Positions 40,801 to 55,800 of a DNA stretch of 64,000 bases are shown here, piece after piece. A model generated the notes under the pieces. That model was not told the DNA's origin, did not search any database, and saw only the letters and a program-made list of their open reading frames with translations. The position numbers were made by a program, and so were the translations under genes. Positions within the stretch are counted from its first letter, which is position 1. Every line of letters begins with the position of its first letter. The stretch comes from Eledone cirrhosa. Taxonomy: Eukaryota. The stretch lies in assembly GCA_964016885.1 (NCBI GenBank), contig OZ024763.1, positions 24,986,001 to 25,050,000 on the forward strand. Reading direction: 5' to 3'.

Positions 40801-43800
40801 TTATTTCACGTTACTCCAGTCCACTATGTCCTTCAGCAAGACATTTTATTTCACGTTACTCCAGTCCACTATGTCCTTGAACAAGACACTTTATTTCACG
40901 TTACTCCAGTCCAGTATGTCCTTGAGCAAGACACTTTATTTCACGTTACTCCAGTCCACTATGTCCTTCAGCAAGACATTTTATTTCACGTTACTCCAGT
41001 CCAGTATGTCCTTCAACAAGACACTTTATTTCACGTTACTCCAGTCCAGTATGTGCTTGAACAAGACACTTTATTTCACGTTACTCCAGTCCAGTATGTC
41101 CTTGAGCAAGACACTTTATTTCACGTTACTCCAGTCCACTATGTCCTTCAACAAGACACTTTATTTCACGTTACTCCAGTCCACTGTGTCCTTGAACAAG
41201 ACACTTTATATCACGTTACTCCAGTCCACTGTGTCCTTCAACAAGACACTTTATTTCACGTTACTCCAGTCCACTGTGTCCTTGAACAAGACACTTTATT
41301 TCACGTTACTCCAGTCCACTGTGTCCTTGAACAAGACACTTTATTTCACGTTACTCCAGTCCACTGTGTCCTTGAACAAGACACTTTATTTCACGTTACT
41401 CCAGTCCACTATGTCCTTCAGCAAGACATTTTATTTCACGTTACTCCAGTCCACTATGTCCTTCAACAAGACACTTTATTTCACGTTACTCCAGTCCACT
41501 GTGTCCTTGAACAAGACACTTTATATCACGTTACTCCAGTCCACTGTGTCCTTCAACAAGACACTTTATTTCACGTTACTCCAGTCCACTGTGTCCTTGA
41601 ACAAGACACTTTATTTCACGTTACTCCAGTCCACTGTGTCCTTGAACAAGACACTTTATTTCACGTTACTCCAGTCCACTGTGTCCTTGAACAAGACACT
41701 TTATTTCACGTTACTCCAGTCCACTTTGTCCTTGAACAAGACACTTTATTTCACGTTACTCCAGTCCACGTTGTCCTTGAGCAAGACACTTTATTTCACG
41801 TTACTCCAGTCCACTATGTCCTTCAACAAGACACTTTATTTCACGTTACTCCAGTCCACTGTGTCCTTGAGCAAGACACTTTATTTCACGTTACTCCAGT
41901 CCACTATGTCCTTGAACAAGACACTTTATTTCACGTTACTCCAGTCCACGTTGTCCTTGAGCAAGACACTTTATTTCACGTTGTTCCAGTCCACTATGTC
42001 CTTGAACAAGACACTTTATTTCACGTTACTCCAGTCCACTATGTCCTTGAACAAGACACTTTATTTCACGTTACTCCAGTCCACTATGTCCTTGAACAAG
42101 ACACTTTATTTCACGTTACTCCAGTCCACTGTGTCCTTGAGCAAGACACTTTATTTCACGTTACTCCAGTCCACTATGTCCTTGAACAAGACACTTTATT
42201 TCACGTTACTCCAGTCCACGTTGTCCTTGAGCAAGACACTTTATTTCACGTTGTTCCAGTCCACTATGTCCTTGAACAAGACACTTTATTTCACGTTACT
42301 CCAGTCCACTATGTCCTTGAACAAGACACTTTATTTCACGTTACTCCAGTCCACTATGTCCTTGAACAAGACACTTTATTTCACGTTACTCCAGTCCACT
42401 GTGTCCTTGAGCAAGACACTTTATTTCACGTTACTCCAGTCCACTATGTCCTTGAACAAGACACTTTATTTCACGTTACTCCAGTCCACTGTGTCCTTGA
42501 GCAAGACACTTTATTTCACGTTACTCCAGTCCACTATGTCCTTGAACAAGACACTTTATTTCACGTTACTCCAGTCCACGTTGTCCTTGAGCAAGACACT
42601 TTATTTCACGTTGTTCCAGTCCACTATGTCCTTGAACAAGACACTTTATTTCACGTTACTCCAGTCCACTATGTCCTTGAACAAGACACTTTATTTCACG
42701 TTACTCCAGTCCACTATGTCCTTGAACAAGACACTTTATTTCACGTTACTCCAGTCCACTGTGTCCTTGAGCAAGACACTTTATTTCACGTTACTCCAGT
42801 CCACTATGTCCTTGAACAAGACACTTTATTTCACGTTACTCCAGTCCACGTTGTCCTTGAGCAAGACACTTTATTTCACGTTGTTCCAGTCCACTATGTC
42901 CTTGAACAAGACACTTTATTTCACGTTACTCCAGTCCACTATGTCCTTGAACAAGACACTTTATTTCACGTTACTCCAGTCCACTGTGTCCTTGAACAAG
43001 ACACTTTATTTCACGTTACTCCAGTCCACTATGTCCTTGAACAAGACACTTTATTTCACGTTACTCCAGTCCACTATGTCCTTGAACAAGACACTTTATT
43101 TCACGTTACTCCAGTCCACTATGTCCTAGAACAAGACACTTTATTTCACGTTACTCCAGTCCACTATGTCCTTGAACAAGACACTTTATTTCACGTTACT
43201 CCAGTCCACTATGTCCTTGAACAAGACACTTTATTTCACGTTACTCCAGTCCACTATGTCCTTGAACAAGACACTTTATTTCACGTTACTCCAGTCCACT
43301 ATGTCCTTGAACAAGACACTTTATTTCACGTTACTCCAGTCCACTATGTCCTTGAACAAGACACTTTATTTCACGTTACTCCAGTCCACTATGTCCTTGA
43401 ACAAGACACTTTATTTCACGTTACTCCAGTCCACTATGTCCTTGAACAAGACACTTTATTTCACGTTACTCCAGTCCACTATGTCCTTGAACAAGACACT
43501 TTATTTCACGTTACTCCAGTCCACTATGTCCTTGAACAAGACACTTTATTTCACGTTACTCCAGTCAACTATGTCCTTGAACAAGACACTTTATTTCACG
43601 TTACTCCAGTCCACGTTGTCCTTGAGCAAGACACTTTATTTCACGTTGTTCCAGTCCACTGTGTCCTTGAACAAGACACTTTATTTCACGTTACTCCAGT
43701 CCACTATGTCCTTCAACAAGACACTTTATTTCACGTTACTCCAGTCCACGTTGTCCTTGAGCAAGACACTTTATTTCACGTTGTTCCAGTCCACTGTGTC

Positions 43801-46800
43801 CTTGAACAAGACACTTTATTTCACGTTACTCCAGTCCACTATGTCCTTCAACAAGACACTTTATTTCACGTTACTCCAGTCCACTATGTCCTTGAACAAG
43901 ACACTTTATTTCACGTTACTCCAGTCCACTATGTCCTTGAACAAGACACTTTATTTCACGTTACTCCAGTCCACTATGTCCTTGAACAAGACACTTTATT
44001 TCACGTTACTCCAGTCCACGTTGTCCTTGAGCAAGACACTTTATTTCACGTTGTTCCAGTCCACTGTGTCCTTGAACAAGACACTTTATTTCACGTTACT
44101 CCAGTCCACTATGTCCTTCAACAAGACACTTTATTTCACGTTACTCCAGTCCACGTTGTCCTTGAGCAAGACACTTTATTTCACGTTACTCCAGTCCACT
44201 ATGTCCTTGAACAAGACACTTTATTTCACGTTACTCCAGTCCACGTTGTCCTTGAGCAAGACACTTTATTTCACGTTGTTCCAGTCCACTGTGTCCTTGA
44301 ACAAGACACTTTATTTCACGTTACTCCAGTCCACTTTGTCCTTGAACAAGACACTTTATTTCACGTTACTCCAGTCCACGTTGTCCTTGAGCAAGACACT
44401 TTATTTCACGTTACTCCAGTCCACGTTGTCCTTGAGCAAGACACTTTATTTCACGTTGTTCCAGTCCACTGTGTCCTTGAACAAGACACTTTATTTCACG
44501 TTGTTCCAGTCCACTGTGTCCTTGAGCAAGACACTTTATTTCACGTTGTTCCAGTCCACTGTGTCCTTGAGCAAGACACTTTATTTCACGTTACTCCAGT
44601 CCACGTTGTCCTTGAACAAGACACTTTATTTCACGTTACTCCAGTCCACTGTGTCCTTGAGCAAGACACTTTATTTCACGTTACTCCAGTCCACGTTGTC
44701 CTTGAACAAGACATTTTATTTCACGTTACTCCAGTCCACTGTGTCCTTGAACAAGACACTTTATTTCACGTTACTCCAGTCCACTGTGTCCTTGAACAAG
44801 ACACTTTATTTCACGTTACTCCAGTCCACTGTATCCTTGAGCAAGACACTTTATTTCACGTTGTTCCAGTCCACTGTGTCCTTGAGCAAGACACTTTATT
44901 TCACGTTACTCCAGTCCACTGTGTCCTTGAGCAAGACACTTTATTTCACGTTACTCCAGTCCACTATGTCCTTCAACAAGACACTTTATTTCACGTTACT
45001 CCAGTCCACTATGTCCTTCAACAAGACACTTTATTTCACGTTACTCCAGTCCACTATGTCCTTGAACAAGACACTTTATTTCACGTTACTCCAGTCCACT
45101 GTGTCCTTGAACAAGACACTTTATTTCACGTTACTCCAGTCCACTGTGTCCTTGAACAAGACACTTTATTTCACGTTACTCCAGTCCACGTTGTCCTTGA
45201 GCAAGACACTTTATTTCACGTTGTTCCAGTCCACTGTATCCTTGAGCAAGACACTTTATTTCACGTTGTTCCAGTCCACTGTGTCCTTGAGCAAGACACT
45301 TTATTTCACGTTACTCCAGTCCACTGTGTCCTTGAGCAAGACACTTTATTTCACGTTACTCCAGTCCACTATGTCCTTCAACAAGACACTTTCTTTCACG
45401 TTACTCCAGTCCACTGTGTCCTTGAGCAAGACACTTTATTTCACGTTACTCCAGTCCACTATGTCCTTCAACAAGACACTTTCTTTCACGTTACTCCAGT
45501 CCACTGTGTCCTTGAACAAGACACTTTATTTCACGTTACTCCAGTCCACTATGTCCTTCAACAAGACACTTTCTTTCACGTTACTCCAGTCCACTGTGTC
45601 CTTGAACAAGACACTTTATTTCACGTTACTCCAGTCCACTGTGTCCTTGAGCAAGACACTTTATTTCACGTTACTCCAGTCCACGTTGTCCTTGAACAAG
45701 ACACTTTATTTCACGTTACTCCAGTCCACTGTGTCCTTGAGCAAGACACTTTATTTCACGTTACTCCAGTCCACGTTGTCCTTGAACAAGACACTTTATT
45801 TCACGTTACTCCAGTCCACTGTGTCCTTGAACAAGACACTTTATTTCACGTTACTCCAGTCCACTGTGTCCTTGAACAAGACACTTTATTTCACGTTACT
45901 CCAGTCCACTGTGTCCTTGAGCAAGACACTTTATTTCACGTTACTCCAGTCCACGTTGTCCTTGAACAAGACACTTTATTTCACGTTACTCCAGTCCACT
46001 GTGTCCTTGAACAAGACACTTTATTTCACGTTACTCCAGTCCACTGTGTCCTTGAACAAGACACTTTATTTCACGTTACTCCAGTCCACTATGTCCTTGA
46101 ACAAGACACTTTATTTCACGTTACTCCAGTCCACTATGTCCTTGAACAAGACACTTTATTTCACGTTACTGCAGTCCACTATGTCCTAGAACAAGACACT
46201 TTATTTCACGTTACTCCAGTCCACTATGTCCTTGAACAAGACACTTTATTTCACGTTACTCCAGTCCACTATGTCCTTGAACAAGACACTTTATTTCACG
46301 TTACTCCAGTCCACTATGTCCTTGAACAAGACACTTTATTTCACGTTACTCCAGTCCACTATGTCCTTGAACAAGACACTTTATTTCACGTTACTCCAGT
46401 CCACTATGTCCTTGAACAAGACACTTTATTTCACGTTACTCCAGTCCACTATGTCCTTGAACAAGACACTTTATTTCACGTTACTCCAGTCCACTATGTC
46501 CTTGAACAAGACACTTTATTTCACGTTACTCCAGTCCACTATGTCCTTGAACAAGACACTTTATTTCACGTTACTCCAGTCCACTATGTCCTTGAACAAG
46601 ACACTTTATTTCACGTTACTCCAGTCAACTATGTCCTTGAACAAGACACTTTATTTCACGTTACTCCAGTCCACGTTGTCCTTGAGCAAGACACTTTATT
46701 TCACGTTGTTCCAGTCCACTGTGTCCTTGAACAAGACACTTTATTTCACGTTACTCCAGTCCACTATGTCCTTCAACAAGACACTTTATTTCACGTTACT

Positions 46801-49800
46801 CCAGTCCACGTTGTCCTTGAGCAAGACACTTTATTTCACGTTGTTCCAGTCCACTGTGTCCTTGAACAAGACACTTTATTTCACGTTACTCCAGTCCACT
46901 ATGTCCTTCAACAAGACACTTTATTTCACGTTACTCCAGTCCACTATGTCCTTGAACAAGACACTTTATTTCACGTTACTCCAGTCCACTATGTCCTTGA
47001 ACAAGACACTTTATTTCACGTTACTCCAGTCCACTATGTCCTTGAACAAGACACTTTATTTCACGTTACTCCAGTCCACGTTGTCCTTGAGCAAGACACT
47101 TTATTTCACGTTGTTCCAGTCCACTGTGTCCTTGAACAAGACACTTTATTTCACGTTACTCCAGTCCACTATGTCCTTCAACAAGACACTTTATTTCACG
47201 TTACTCCAGTCCACGTTGTCCTTGAGCAAGACACTTTATTTCACGTTACTCCAGTCCACTATGTCCTTGAACAAGACACTTTATTTCACGTTACTCCAGT
47301 CCACGTTGTCCTTGAGCAAGACACTTTATTTCACGTTGTTCCAGTCCACTGTGTCCTTGAACAAGACACTTTATTTCACGTTACTCCAGTCCACTTTGTC
47401 CTTGAACAAGACACTTTATTTCACGTTACTCCAGTCCACGTTGTCCTTGAGCAAGACACTTTATTTCACGTTACTCCAGTCCACGTTGTCCTTGAGCAAG
47501 ACACTTTATTTCACGTTGTTCCAGTCCACTGTGTCCTTGAACAAGACACTTTATTTCACGTTGTTCCAGTCCACTGTGTCCTTGAGCAAGACACTTTATT
47601 TCACGTTGTTCCAGTCCACTGTGTCCTTGAGCAAGACACTTTATTTCACGTTACTCCAGTCCACGTTGTCCTTGAACAAGACACTTTATTTCACGTTACT
47701 CCAGTCCACTGTGTCCTTGAGCAAGACACTTTATTTCACGTTACTCCAGTCCACGTTGTCCTTGAACAAGACACTTTATTTCACGTTACTCCAGTCCACT
47801 GTGTCCTTGAACAAGACACTTTATTTCACGTTACTCCAGTCCACTGTGTCCTTGAACAAGACACTTTATTTCACGTTACTCCAGTCCACTGTATCCTTGA
47901 GCAAGACACTTTATTTCACGTTGTTCCAGTCCACTGTGTCCTTGAGCAAGACACTTTATTTCACGTTACTCCAGTCCACTGTGTCCTTGAGCAAGACACT
48001 TTATTTCACGTTACTCCAGTCCACTATGTCCTTCAACAAGACACTTTATTTCACGTTACTCCAGTCCACTATGTCCTTCAACAAGACACTTTATTTCACG
48101 TTACTCCAGTCCACTATGTCCTTGAACAAGACACTTTATTTCACGTTACTCCAGACCACTGTGTCCTTGAACAAGACACTTTATTTCACGTTACTCCAGT
48201 CCACTGTGTCCTTGAACAAGACACTTTATTTCACGTTACTCCAGTCCACGTTGTCCTTGAGCAAGACACTTTATTTCACGTTGTTCCAGTCCACTGTATC
48301 CTTGAGCAAGACACTTTATTTCACGTTGTTCCAGTCCACTGTGTCCTTGAGCAAGACACTTTATTTCACGTTACTCCAGTCCACTGTGTCCTTGAGCAAG
48401 ACACTTTATTTCACGTTACTCCAGTCCACTATGTCCTTCAACAAGACACTTTCTTTCACGTTACTCCAGTCCACTGTGTCCTTGAGCAAGACACTTTATT
48501 TCACGTTACTCCAGTCCACTATGTCCTTCAACAAGACACTTTCTTTCACGTTACTCCAGTCCACTGTGTCCTTGAACAAGACACTTTATTTCACGTTACT
48601 CCAGTCCACTATGTCCTTCAACAAGACACTTTCTTTCACGTTACTCCAGTCCACTGTGTCCTTGAACAAGACACTTTATTTCACGTTACTCCAGTCCACT
48701 GTGTCCTTGAGCAAGACACTTTATTTCACGTTACTCCAGTCCACGTTGTCCTTGAACAAGACACTTTATTTCACGTTACTCCAGTCCACTGTGTCCTTGA
48801 GCAAGACACTTTATTTCACGTTACTCCAGTCCACGTTGTCCTTGAACAAGACACTTTATTTCACGTTACTCCAGTCCACTGTGTCCTTGAACAAGACACT
48901 TTATTTCACGTTACTCCAGTCCACTGTGTCCTTGAACAAGACACTTTATTTCACGTTACTCCAGTCCACTGTGTCCTTGAGCAAGACACTTTATTTCACG
49001 TTACTCCAGTCCACGTTGTCCTTGAACAAGACACTTTATTTCACGTTACTCCAGTCCACTGTGTCCTTGAACAAGACACTTTATTTCACGTTACTCCAGT
49101 CCACTGTGTCCTTGAACAAGACACTTTATTTCACGTTACTCCAGTCCACTGTGTCCTTGAACAAGACACTTTATTTCACGTTACTCCAGTCCACTGTGTC
49201 CTTCAACAAGACACTTTATTTCACGTTACTCCAGTCCACTGTGTCCTTGAACAAGACACTTTATTTCACGTTACTCCAGTCCACTGTGTCCTTGAGCAAG
49301 ACACTTTATTTCACGTTACTCCAGTCTACGTTGTCCTTGAACAAGACACTTTATTTCACGTTACTCCAGTCCACTGTGTCCTTGAACAAGACACTTTATT
49401 TCACGTTACTCCAGTCCACTGTGTCCTTGAACAAGACACTTTATTTCACGTTACTCCAGTCCACGTTGTCCTTCAACAAGACACTTTATTTCACGTTACT
49501 CCAGTCCACTATGTCCTTCAACAAGACACTTTATTTCACGTTACTCCAGTCCACTATGTCCTTCAACAAGACACTTTATTTCACGTTACTCCAGTCCACT
49601 GTGTCCTTGAACAAGACACTTTATTTCACGTTACTCCAGTCCACTGTGTCCTTGAACAAGACACTTTATTTCACGTTACTCCAGTCCACGTTGTCCTTGA
49701 GCAAGACACTTTATTTCACGTTGTTCCAGTCCACTGTATCCTTGAGCAAGACACTTTATTTCACGTTGTTCCAGTCCACTGTGTCCTTGAGCAAGACACT

Positions 49801-52800
49801 TTATTTCACGTTACTCCAGTCCACTGTGTCCTTGAGCAAGACACTTTATTTCACGTTACTCCAGTCCACTATGTCCTTCAACAAGACACTTTCTTTCACG
49901 TTACTCCAGTCCACTGTGTCCTTGAGCAAGACACTTTATTTCACGTTACTCCAGTCCACTATGTCCTTCAACAAGACACTTTCTTTCACGTTACTCCAGT
50001 CCACTGTGTCCTTGAACAAGACACTTTATTTCACGTTACTCCAGTCCACTATGTCCTTCAACAAGACACTTTCTTTCACGTTACTCCAGTCCACTGTGTC
50101 CTTGAACAAGACACTTTATTTCACGTTACTCCAGTCCACTGTGTCCTTGAGCAAGACACTTTATTTCACGTTACTCCAGTCCACTGTGTCCTTGAGCAAG
50201 ACACTTTATTTCACGTTACTCCAGTCCACGTTGTCCTTGAACAAGACACTTTATTTCACGTTACTCCAGTCCACTGTGTCCTTGAGCAAGACACTTTATT
50301 TCACGTTACTCCAGTCCACGTTGTCCTTGAACAAGACACTTTATTTCACGTTACTCCAGTCCACTGTGTCCTTGAACAAGACACTTTATTTCACGTTACT
50401 CCAGTCCACTATGTCCTTCAACAAGACACTTTATTTCACGTTACTCCAGTCCACTATGTCCTTGAACAAGACACTTTATTACACGTTGCTCCAGTCCACT
50501 ATGTCCTTCAACAAGACACTTTATTTCACGTTACTCCAGTCCACGTTGTCCTTGAGCAAGACACTTTATTTCACGTTACTCCAGTCCAGTATGTCCTTGA
50601 GCAAGACACTTTATTTCACGTTACTCCAGTCCAGTATGTCCTTGAGCAAGACACTTTATTTCACGTTACTCCAGTCCAGTATGTCCTTGAACAAGACACT
50701 TTATTTCACGTTACTCCAGTCCACGTTGTCCTTGAGCAAGACACTTTATTTCACGTTACTCCAGTCCAGTATGTCCTTGAGCAAGACACTTTATTTCACG
50801 TTACTCCAGTCCAGTATGTCCTTGAGCAAGACACTTTATTTCACGTTACTCCAGTCCAGTATGTCCTTGAACAAGACACTTTATTTCACGTTACTCCAGT
50901 CCAGTATGTCCTTGAGCAAGACACTTTATTTCACGTTACTCCAGTCCACTATGTCCTTCAACAAGACACTTTATTTCACGTTACTCCAGTCCACGTTGTC
51001 CTTGAGCAAGACACTTTATTTCACGTTGTTCCAGTCCACTGTATCCTTGAGCAAGACACTTTATTTCACGTTGTTCCAGTCCACTGTGTCCTTGAGCAAG
51101 ACACTTTATTTCACGTTACTCCAGTCCACTGTGTCCTTGAGCAAGACACTTTATTTCACGTTACTCCAGTCCACTATGTCCTTCAACAAGACACTTTCTT
51201 TCACGTTACTCCAGTCCACTGTGTCCTTGAACAAGACACTTTATTTCACGTTACTCCAGTCCACTATGTCCTTCAACAAGACACTTTCTTTCACGTTACT
51301 CCAGTCCACTGTGTCCTTGAGCAAGACACTTTATTTCACGTTACTCCAGTCCACTATGTCCTTCAACAAGACACTTTCTTTCACGTTACTCCAGTCCACT
51401 GTGTCCTTGAACAAGACACTTTATTTCACGTTACTCCAGTCCACTGTGTCCTTGAGCAAGACACTTTATTTCACGTTACTCCAGTCCACTGTGTCCTTGA
51501 GCAAGACACTTTATTTCACGTTACTCCAGTCCACGTTGTCCTTGAACAAGACACTTTATTTCACGTTACTCCAGTCCACTGTGTCCTTGAGCAAGACACT
51601 TTATTTCACGTTACTCCAGTCCACGTTGTCCTTGAACAAGACACTTTATTTCACGTTACTCCAGTCCACTGTGTCCTTGAACAAGACACTTTATTTCACG
51701 TTACTCCAGTCCACTATGTCCTTCAACAAGACACTTTATTTCACGTTACTCCAGTCCACTATGTCCTTGAACAAGACACTTTATTACACGTTGCTCCAGT
51801 CCACTATGTCCTTCAACAAGACACTTTATTTCACGTTACTCCAGTCCACGTTGTCCTTGAGCAAGACACTTTATTTCACGTTACTCCAGTCCAGTATGTC
51901 CTTGAGCAAGACACTTTATTTCACGTTACTCCAGTCCAGTATGTCCTTGAGCAAGACACTTTATTTCACGTTACTCCAGTCCAGTATGTCCTTGAACAAG
52001 ACACTTTATTTCACGTTACTCCAGTCCACGTTGTCCTTGAGCAAGACACTTTATTTCACGTTACTCCAGTCCAGTATGTCCTTGAGCAAGACACTTTATT
52101 TCACGTTACTCCAGTCCAGTATGTCCTTGAGCAAGACACTTTATTTCACGTTACTCCAGTCCAGTATGTCCTTGAACAAGACACTTTATTTCACGTTACT
52201 CCAGTCCAGTATGTCCTTGAACAAGACACTTTATTTCACGTTACTCCAGTCCAGTATGTCCTTGAACAAGACACTTTATTTCACGTTACTCCAGTCCAGT
52301 ATGTCCTTGAGCAAGACACTTTATTTCACGTTACTCCAGTCCAGTATGTCCTTGAACAAGACACTTTATTTCACGTTACTCCAGTCCAGTATGTCCTTGA
52401 GCAAGACACTTTATTTCACGTTACTCCAGTCCAGTATGTCCTTGAACAAGACACTTTATTTCACGTTACTCCAGTCCAGTATGTCCTTGAGCAAGACACT
52501 TTATTTCACGTTACTCCAGTCCAGTATGTCCTTGAGCAAGACACTTTATTTCACGTTACTCCAGTCCACTATGTCCTTCAACAAGACACTTTATTTCACG
52601 TTACTCCAGTCCACTGTGTCCTTCAACAAGACACTTTATTTCACGTTACTCCAGTCCACTATGTCCTTCAACAAGACACTTTATTTCACGTTACTCCAGT
52701 CCACGTTGTCCTTGAACAAGACACTTTATTTCACGTTACTCCAGTCCACTATGTCCTTGAACAAGACACTTTATTTCACGTTACTCCAGTCCACTGTGTC

Positions 52801-55800
52801 CTTCAACAAGACACTTTATTTCACGTTACTCCAGTCCACTGTGTCCTTCAACAAGACACTTTATTTCACGTTACTCCAGTCCACTATGTCCTTCAACAAG
52901 ACACTTTATTTCACGTTGCTCCAGTCCACTATGTCCTTCAACAAGACACTTTATTTCACGTTGCTCCAGTCCACTGTGTCCTTGAACAAGACACTTTATT
53001 TCACGTTGCTCCAGTCCACTGTGTCCTTGAACAAGACACTTTATTTCACGTTGCTGCAGTCCAGTATGTCCTTCAACAAGACACTTTATTTCACGTTACT
53101 CCAGTCCACTGTGTCCTTGAACAAGACACTTTATTTCACGTTACTCCAGTCCACTGTGTCCTTGAACAAGACACTTTATTTCACGTTACTCCACTCCACT
53201 GTGTCCTTGAACAAGACACTTTATTTCACGTTACTCCAGTCCACTATGTCCTTCAACAAGACACTTTATTTCACGTTACTCCAGTCCAGTATGTCCTTGA
53301 ACAAGACACTTTATTTCACGTTACTCCAGTCCACTGTGTCCTTGAACAAGACACTTTATTTCACGTTACTCCAGTCCACTGTGTCCTTGAACAAGACACT
53401 TTATTTCACGTTACTCCAGTCCACTGTGTCCTTGAACAAGACACTTTATTTCACGTTACTCCAGTCCACTGTGTCCTTCAACAAGACACTTTATTTCACG
53501 TTACTCCAGTCCACTGTGTCCTTGAACAAGACACTTTATTTCACGTTACTCCAGTCCACTGTGTCCTTGAACAAGACACTTTATTTCACGTTACTCCAGT
53601 CCACTGTGTCCTTCAACAAGACACTTTATTTCACGTTGCTGCAGTCCAGTATGTCCTTCAACATGACACTTTATTTCACGTTACTCCAGTCCACTATGTC
53701 CTTCAACAAGACACTTTATTTCACGTTACTCCCGTCCACTGTGTCCTTGAACAAGACACTTTATTTCACGTTACTCCAGTCCACTGTGTCCTTGAACAAG
53801 ACACTTTATTTCACGTTACTCCAGTCCACTGTGTCCTTGAACAAGACACTTTATTTCACGTTACTCCAGTCCACTGTGTCCTTCAACAAGACACTTTATT
53901 TCACGTTACTCCAGTCCACTGTGTCCTTCAACAAGACACTTTATTTCACGTTACTCCAGTCCACTGTGTCCTTCAACAAGACACTTTATTTCACGTTACT
54001 CCAGTCCACTGTGTCCTTCAACAAGACACTTTATTTCACGTTACTCCAGTCCACTGTGTCCTTCAACAAGACACTTTATTTCACGTTACTCCAGTCCACT
54101 GTGTCCTTGAACAAGACTCTTTATTTCACGTTACTCCAGTCCACTGTGTCCTTGAACAAGACACTTTATTTCACGTTACTCCAGTCCACTGTGTCCTTGA
54201 ACAAGACACTTTATTTCACGTTACTCCAGTCCACTGTGTCCTTGAACAAGACACTTTATTTCACGTTACTCCAGTCCACTGTGTCCTTGAACAAGACACT
54301 TTATTTCACGTTACTCCAGTCCACTGTGTCCTTCAACAAGACACTTTATTTCACGTTGCTGCAGTCCAGTATGTCCTTCAACATGACACTTTATTTCACG
54401 TTACTCCAGTCCACTATGTCCTTCAACAAGACACTTTATTTCACGTTACTCCCGTCCACTGTGTCCTTGAACAAGACACTTTATTTCACGTTACTCCAGT
54501 CCACTGTGTCCTTGAACAAGACACTTTATTTCACGTTACTCCAGTCCTATGTGTCCTTCAACAAGACACTTTATTTCACGTTGCTGCAGTCCAGTATGTC
54601 CTTCAACATGACACTTTATTTCACGTTACTCCAGTCCACTATGTCCTTCAACAAGACACTTTATTTCACGTTACTCCCGTCCACTGTGTCCTTGAACAAG
54701 ACACTTTATTTCACGTTACTCCAGTCCACTGTGTCCTTGAACAAGACACTTTATTTCACGTTACTCCAGTCCACTGTGTCCTTGAACAAGACACTTTATT
54801 TCACGTTACTCCAGTCCACTGTGTCCTTGAACAAGACACTTTATTTCACGTTACTCCAGTCCACTGTGTCCTTGAACAAGACACTTTATTTCACGTTACT
54901 CCAGTCCACTGTGTCCTTCAACAAGACACTTTATTTCACGTTGCTGCAGTCCAGTATGTCCTTCAACATGACACTTTATTTCACGTTACTCCAGTCCACT
55001 ATGTCCTTCAACAAGACACTTTATTTCACGTTACTCCCGTCCACTGTGTCCTTGAACAAGACACTTTATTTCACGTTACTCCAGTCCACTGTGTCCTTGA
55101 ACAAGACACTTTATTTCACGTTACTCCAGTCCACTGTGTCCTTCAACAAGACACTTTATTTCACGTTGCTGCAGTCCAGTATGTCCTTCAACATGACACT
55201 TTATTTCACGTTACTCCCGTCCACTGTGTCCTTGAACAAGACACTTTATTTCACGTTACTCCAGTCCACTGTGTCCTTGAACAAGACACTTTATTTCACG
55301 TTACTCCAGTCCACTGTGTCCTTGAACAAGACACTTTATTTCACGTTACTCCAGTCCACTGTGTCCTTGAACAAGACACTTTATTTCACGTTACTCCAGT
55401 CCACTGTGTCCTTCAACAAGACACTTTATTTCACGTTGCTGCAGTCCAGTATGTCCTTCAACATGACACTTTATTTCACGTTACTCCAGTCCACTATGTC
55501 CTTCAACAAGACACTTTATTTCACGTTACTCCAGTCCACTGTGTCCTTGAACAAGACACTTTATTTCACGTTACTCCAGTCCACTGTGTCCTTCAACAAG
55601 ACACTTTATTTCACGTTACTCCAGTCCACTGTGTCCTTGAACAAGACACTTTATTTCACGTTACTCCAGTCCACTGTGTCCTTCAACAAGACACTTTATT
55701 TCACGTTACTCCAGTCCACTGTGTCCTTCAACAAGACACTTTATTTCACGTTACTCCAGTCCACTGTGTCCTTCAACAAGACACTTTATTTCACGTTACT

